Positions 45,582 to 46,676 of a stretch of 46,676 nucleotides of DNA are shown here, in pieces (position 1 is the first letter of the stretch; the number at the start of each line of letters is the position of its first letter). The DNA is from a virus (lineage: Duplodnaviria; Heunggongvirae; Uroviricota; Caudoviricetes). The DNA lies in IMG/VR virus record IMGVR_UViG_3300024348_000013, positions 1-46,676 of that record; one strand, 5' to 3'. Made by a program: the position numbers and the translations under genes. Under the pieces are notes generated by a model. The model made no database searches. It was given only the letters and a program-made list of their open reading frames with translations, and had not been told where the DNA came from.

Positions 45582-46676
45582 TTAAAAATCAATCTTACTA
45601 AATCCATTTTCTTTCCTGATTTCTATCAGTCCATCTACAATATCTCTCATTTGTTCTAAGTGAGAAATTACCCAAATGAAATCAAATTGAGTTTTAAGAT
45701 ACTGCATCATCATAAATAACGATGATAAGTTATCACTATCTAATGTGCCAAATCCTTCATCAATTACTAAGAAGTTTGGACGAGGTAAGTTACATACATT
45801 AATAAGTGCTACTCTAATAGCCAATCCACTTATAAATTTCTCCATACCACTACACATTTCCAACGGCCATTCTTGGTCATCATAAACTATTTTTGCATTG
45901 ATTGATTTACCATCTACATCCATCACTACACTAAAATCTACAACTTGTGAAAGTATATTATTCACCTCATTTTCAATTACAGGTAGAGCTTTTGAAATCA
46001 ACTCATATGGAATACCATCTCTCTTTACAGCATCTAAATAATAGGTGTATAGGCGATTCTTTTCTTCCAATTCCTTAACATCATTCATCTTAGCTTTTAT
46101 CCCCTCTATAAACGAAGATATAGAAGAAATAGAACCATTTAAAGTTGCTATATCTTTAGTTACTTTTTTAATATCTGATTCAATCTCACTTTTGGTTTGT
46201 TGTAAGCCTGAAATGATTCCATCTATTTGTACATTACGTTTAATAGTTTCCTCATTATCGTGATATTTTTGAATATTATCTTTTACCGATTGTAATTGGT
46301 GTTCTAATAATTGTACTTTTGTATCAAACCCCAATGATTCAGCTTCTGCTTTTTCTTTAATAACAATTGCTTTCTGATATTTGGCTTTTAAATCAGTTAG
46401 TGTTTCCCATTGTTCTTCTACATTTGCAATTTTGCCAGCTTGTGTAACTAATGCACCATGTAAAATATTTAGAGTTTCTAATTGACTACCCTGCTCATCA
46501 ACCTTCTTTTGTGTTTCAATTGCATCTTTTACGAATACATTGTTCATACAAAAGTTACAATTAGGGTCATATTCGTGCTCTGCTAAATGTGATAACTTCT
46601 CTTTGTTATGTTCAATACCATTTTCTAATAATTCAATTTGGTGAATTGTATCATTTATTTGGTCTTTTAATAAATC
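45582..46676 (-). CDS. gp46: SbcC/Rad50-like recombination ATPase, T4 gp46-like (C-terminal part; runs off the right edge)
   Basis: The frame is open to 46676. Zn-hook DPNCNFC, coiled coil, signature CSGMEK, Walker B LVIDEGFG and ISH. Confidence 0.93.
   Translation of the reverse strand, partial: DLLKDQINDTIHQIELLENGIEHNKEKLSHLAEHEYDPNCNFCMNNVFVKDAIETQKKVDEQGSQLETLNILHGALVTQAGKIANVEEQWETLTDLKAKYQKAIVIKEKAEAESLGFDTKVQLLEHQLQSVKDNIQKYHDNEETIKRNVQIDGIISGLQQTKSEIESDIKKVTKDIATLNGSISSISSFIEGIKAKMNDVKELEEKNRLYTYYLDAVKRDGIPYELISKALPVIENEVNNILSQVVDFSVVMDVDGKSINAKIVYDDQEWPLEMCSGMEKFISGLAIRVALINVCNLPRPNFLVIDEGFGTLDSDNLSSLFMMMQYLKTQFDFIWVISHLEQMRDIVDGLIEIRKENGFSKIDF

Noticed and set aside
371-46263. Short plus-strand ORFs and nested minus-strand ORFs in the track (e.g. 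371..592, 2987..3226, 8291..8644, 11485..11826, 41624..41983, 42275..42613, 13707..13898, 16395..16652)
   Set aside because: They lie wholly or largely within long genes that have clear motifs and have low-complexity or antisense-shadow compositions. None has a recognisable motif.
1-46676. Alternative genetic code (TAG or TGA recoding, as in some large phages)
   Set aside because: Long genes are intact in the standard code and pack tightly. TGA serves as a real stop at an ATGA overlap (23608-23611).
1-46676. CRISPR array, tRNA or rRNA genes, integrase or transposase
   Set aside because: Intergenic gaps are tiny. I saw no repeat-spacer periodicity, tRNA cloverleaf or mobile-element motifs.

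Overview
This is a 46.7-kb AT-rich segment of a large T4-like tailed dsDNA phage, with almost all genes on the minus strand. The likely host is a Bacteroidota member: the window has a Bacteroidota-type ribosomal protein bS21, A-rich starts mostly lacking Shine-Dalgarno sites, and TTTG-N19/20-TAnnTTTN promoter-like sites. Left to right it holds four blocks. (1) 1-13 kb is a head and packaging module: gp13 neck (partial), gp23 capsid, gp22-like scaffold, an unannotated 59-aa bS21 gene, small putative head-internal proteins, gp21 protease, gp20 portal and gp17 terminase. (2) 14-17.9 kb is a 1299-aa multi-module protein with an HxGH nucleotidyltransferase, a Gly-rich hydrophobic segment, an HExxH motif and a KxDG ligase-like domain. 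(3) 18-38 kb is a ~20-kb, 19-gene glycan locus: a split TPP enzyme, an RmlC-like epimerase, three SDR enzymes, three GT7 enzymes with inserted LamG-like domains, other GT-like genes, SGNH-like proteins, a methyltransferase and a radical SAM enzyme. It runs on, mostly with overlapping or abutting genes, from block 4. (4) 38-46.7 kb holds tail-fibre chaperone-like genes, a ~1980-aa tail fibre, an unannotated plus-strand ribbon-helix-helix gene with operator-like repeats, a 2OG-Fe(II) oxygenase and a partial gp46/SbcC. The best candidate for an undescribed system is a phage-encoded glycosylation pathway, probably acting on the virion and possibly making a branched sugar. The second candidate is a set of protease-processed polyprotein cargoes packaged in the head. 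All family assignments come from motifs recognised by eye; no database searches were run.
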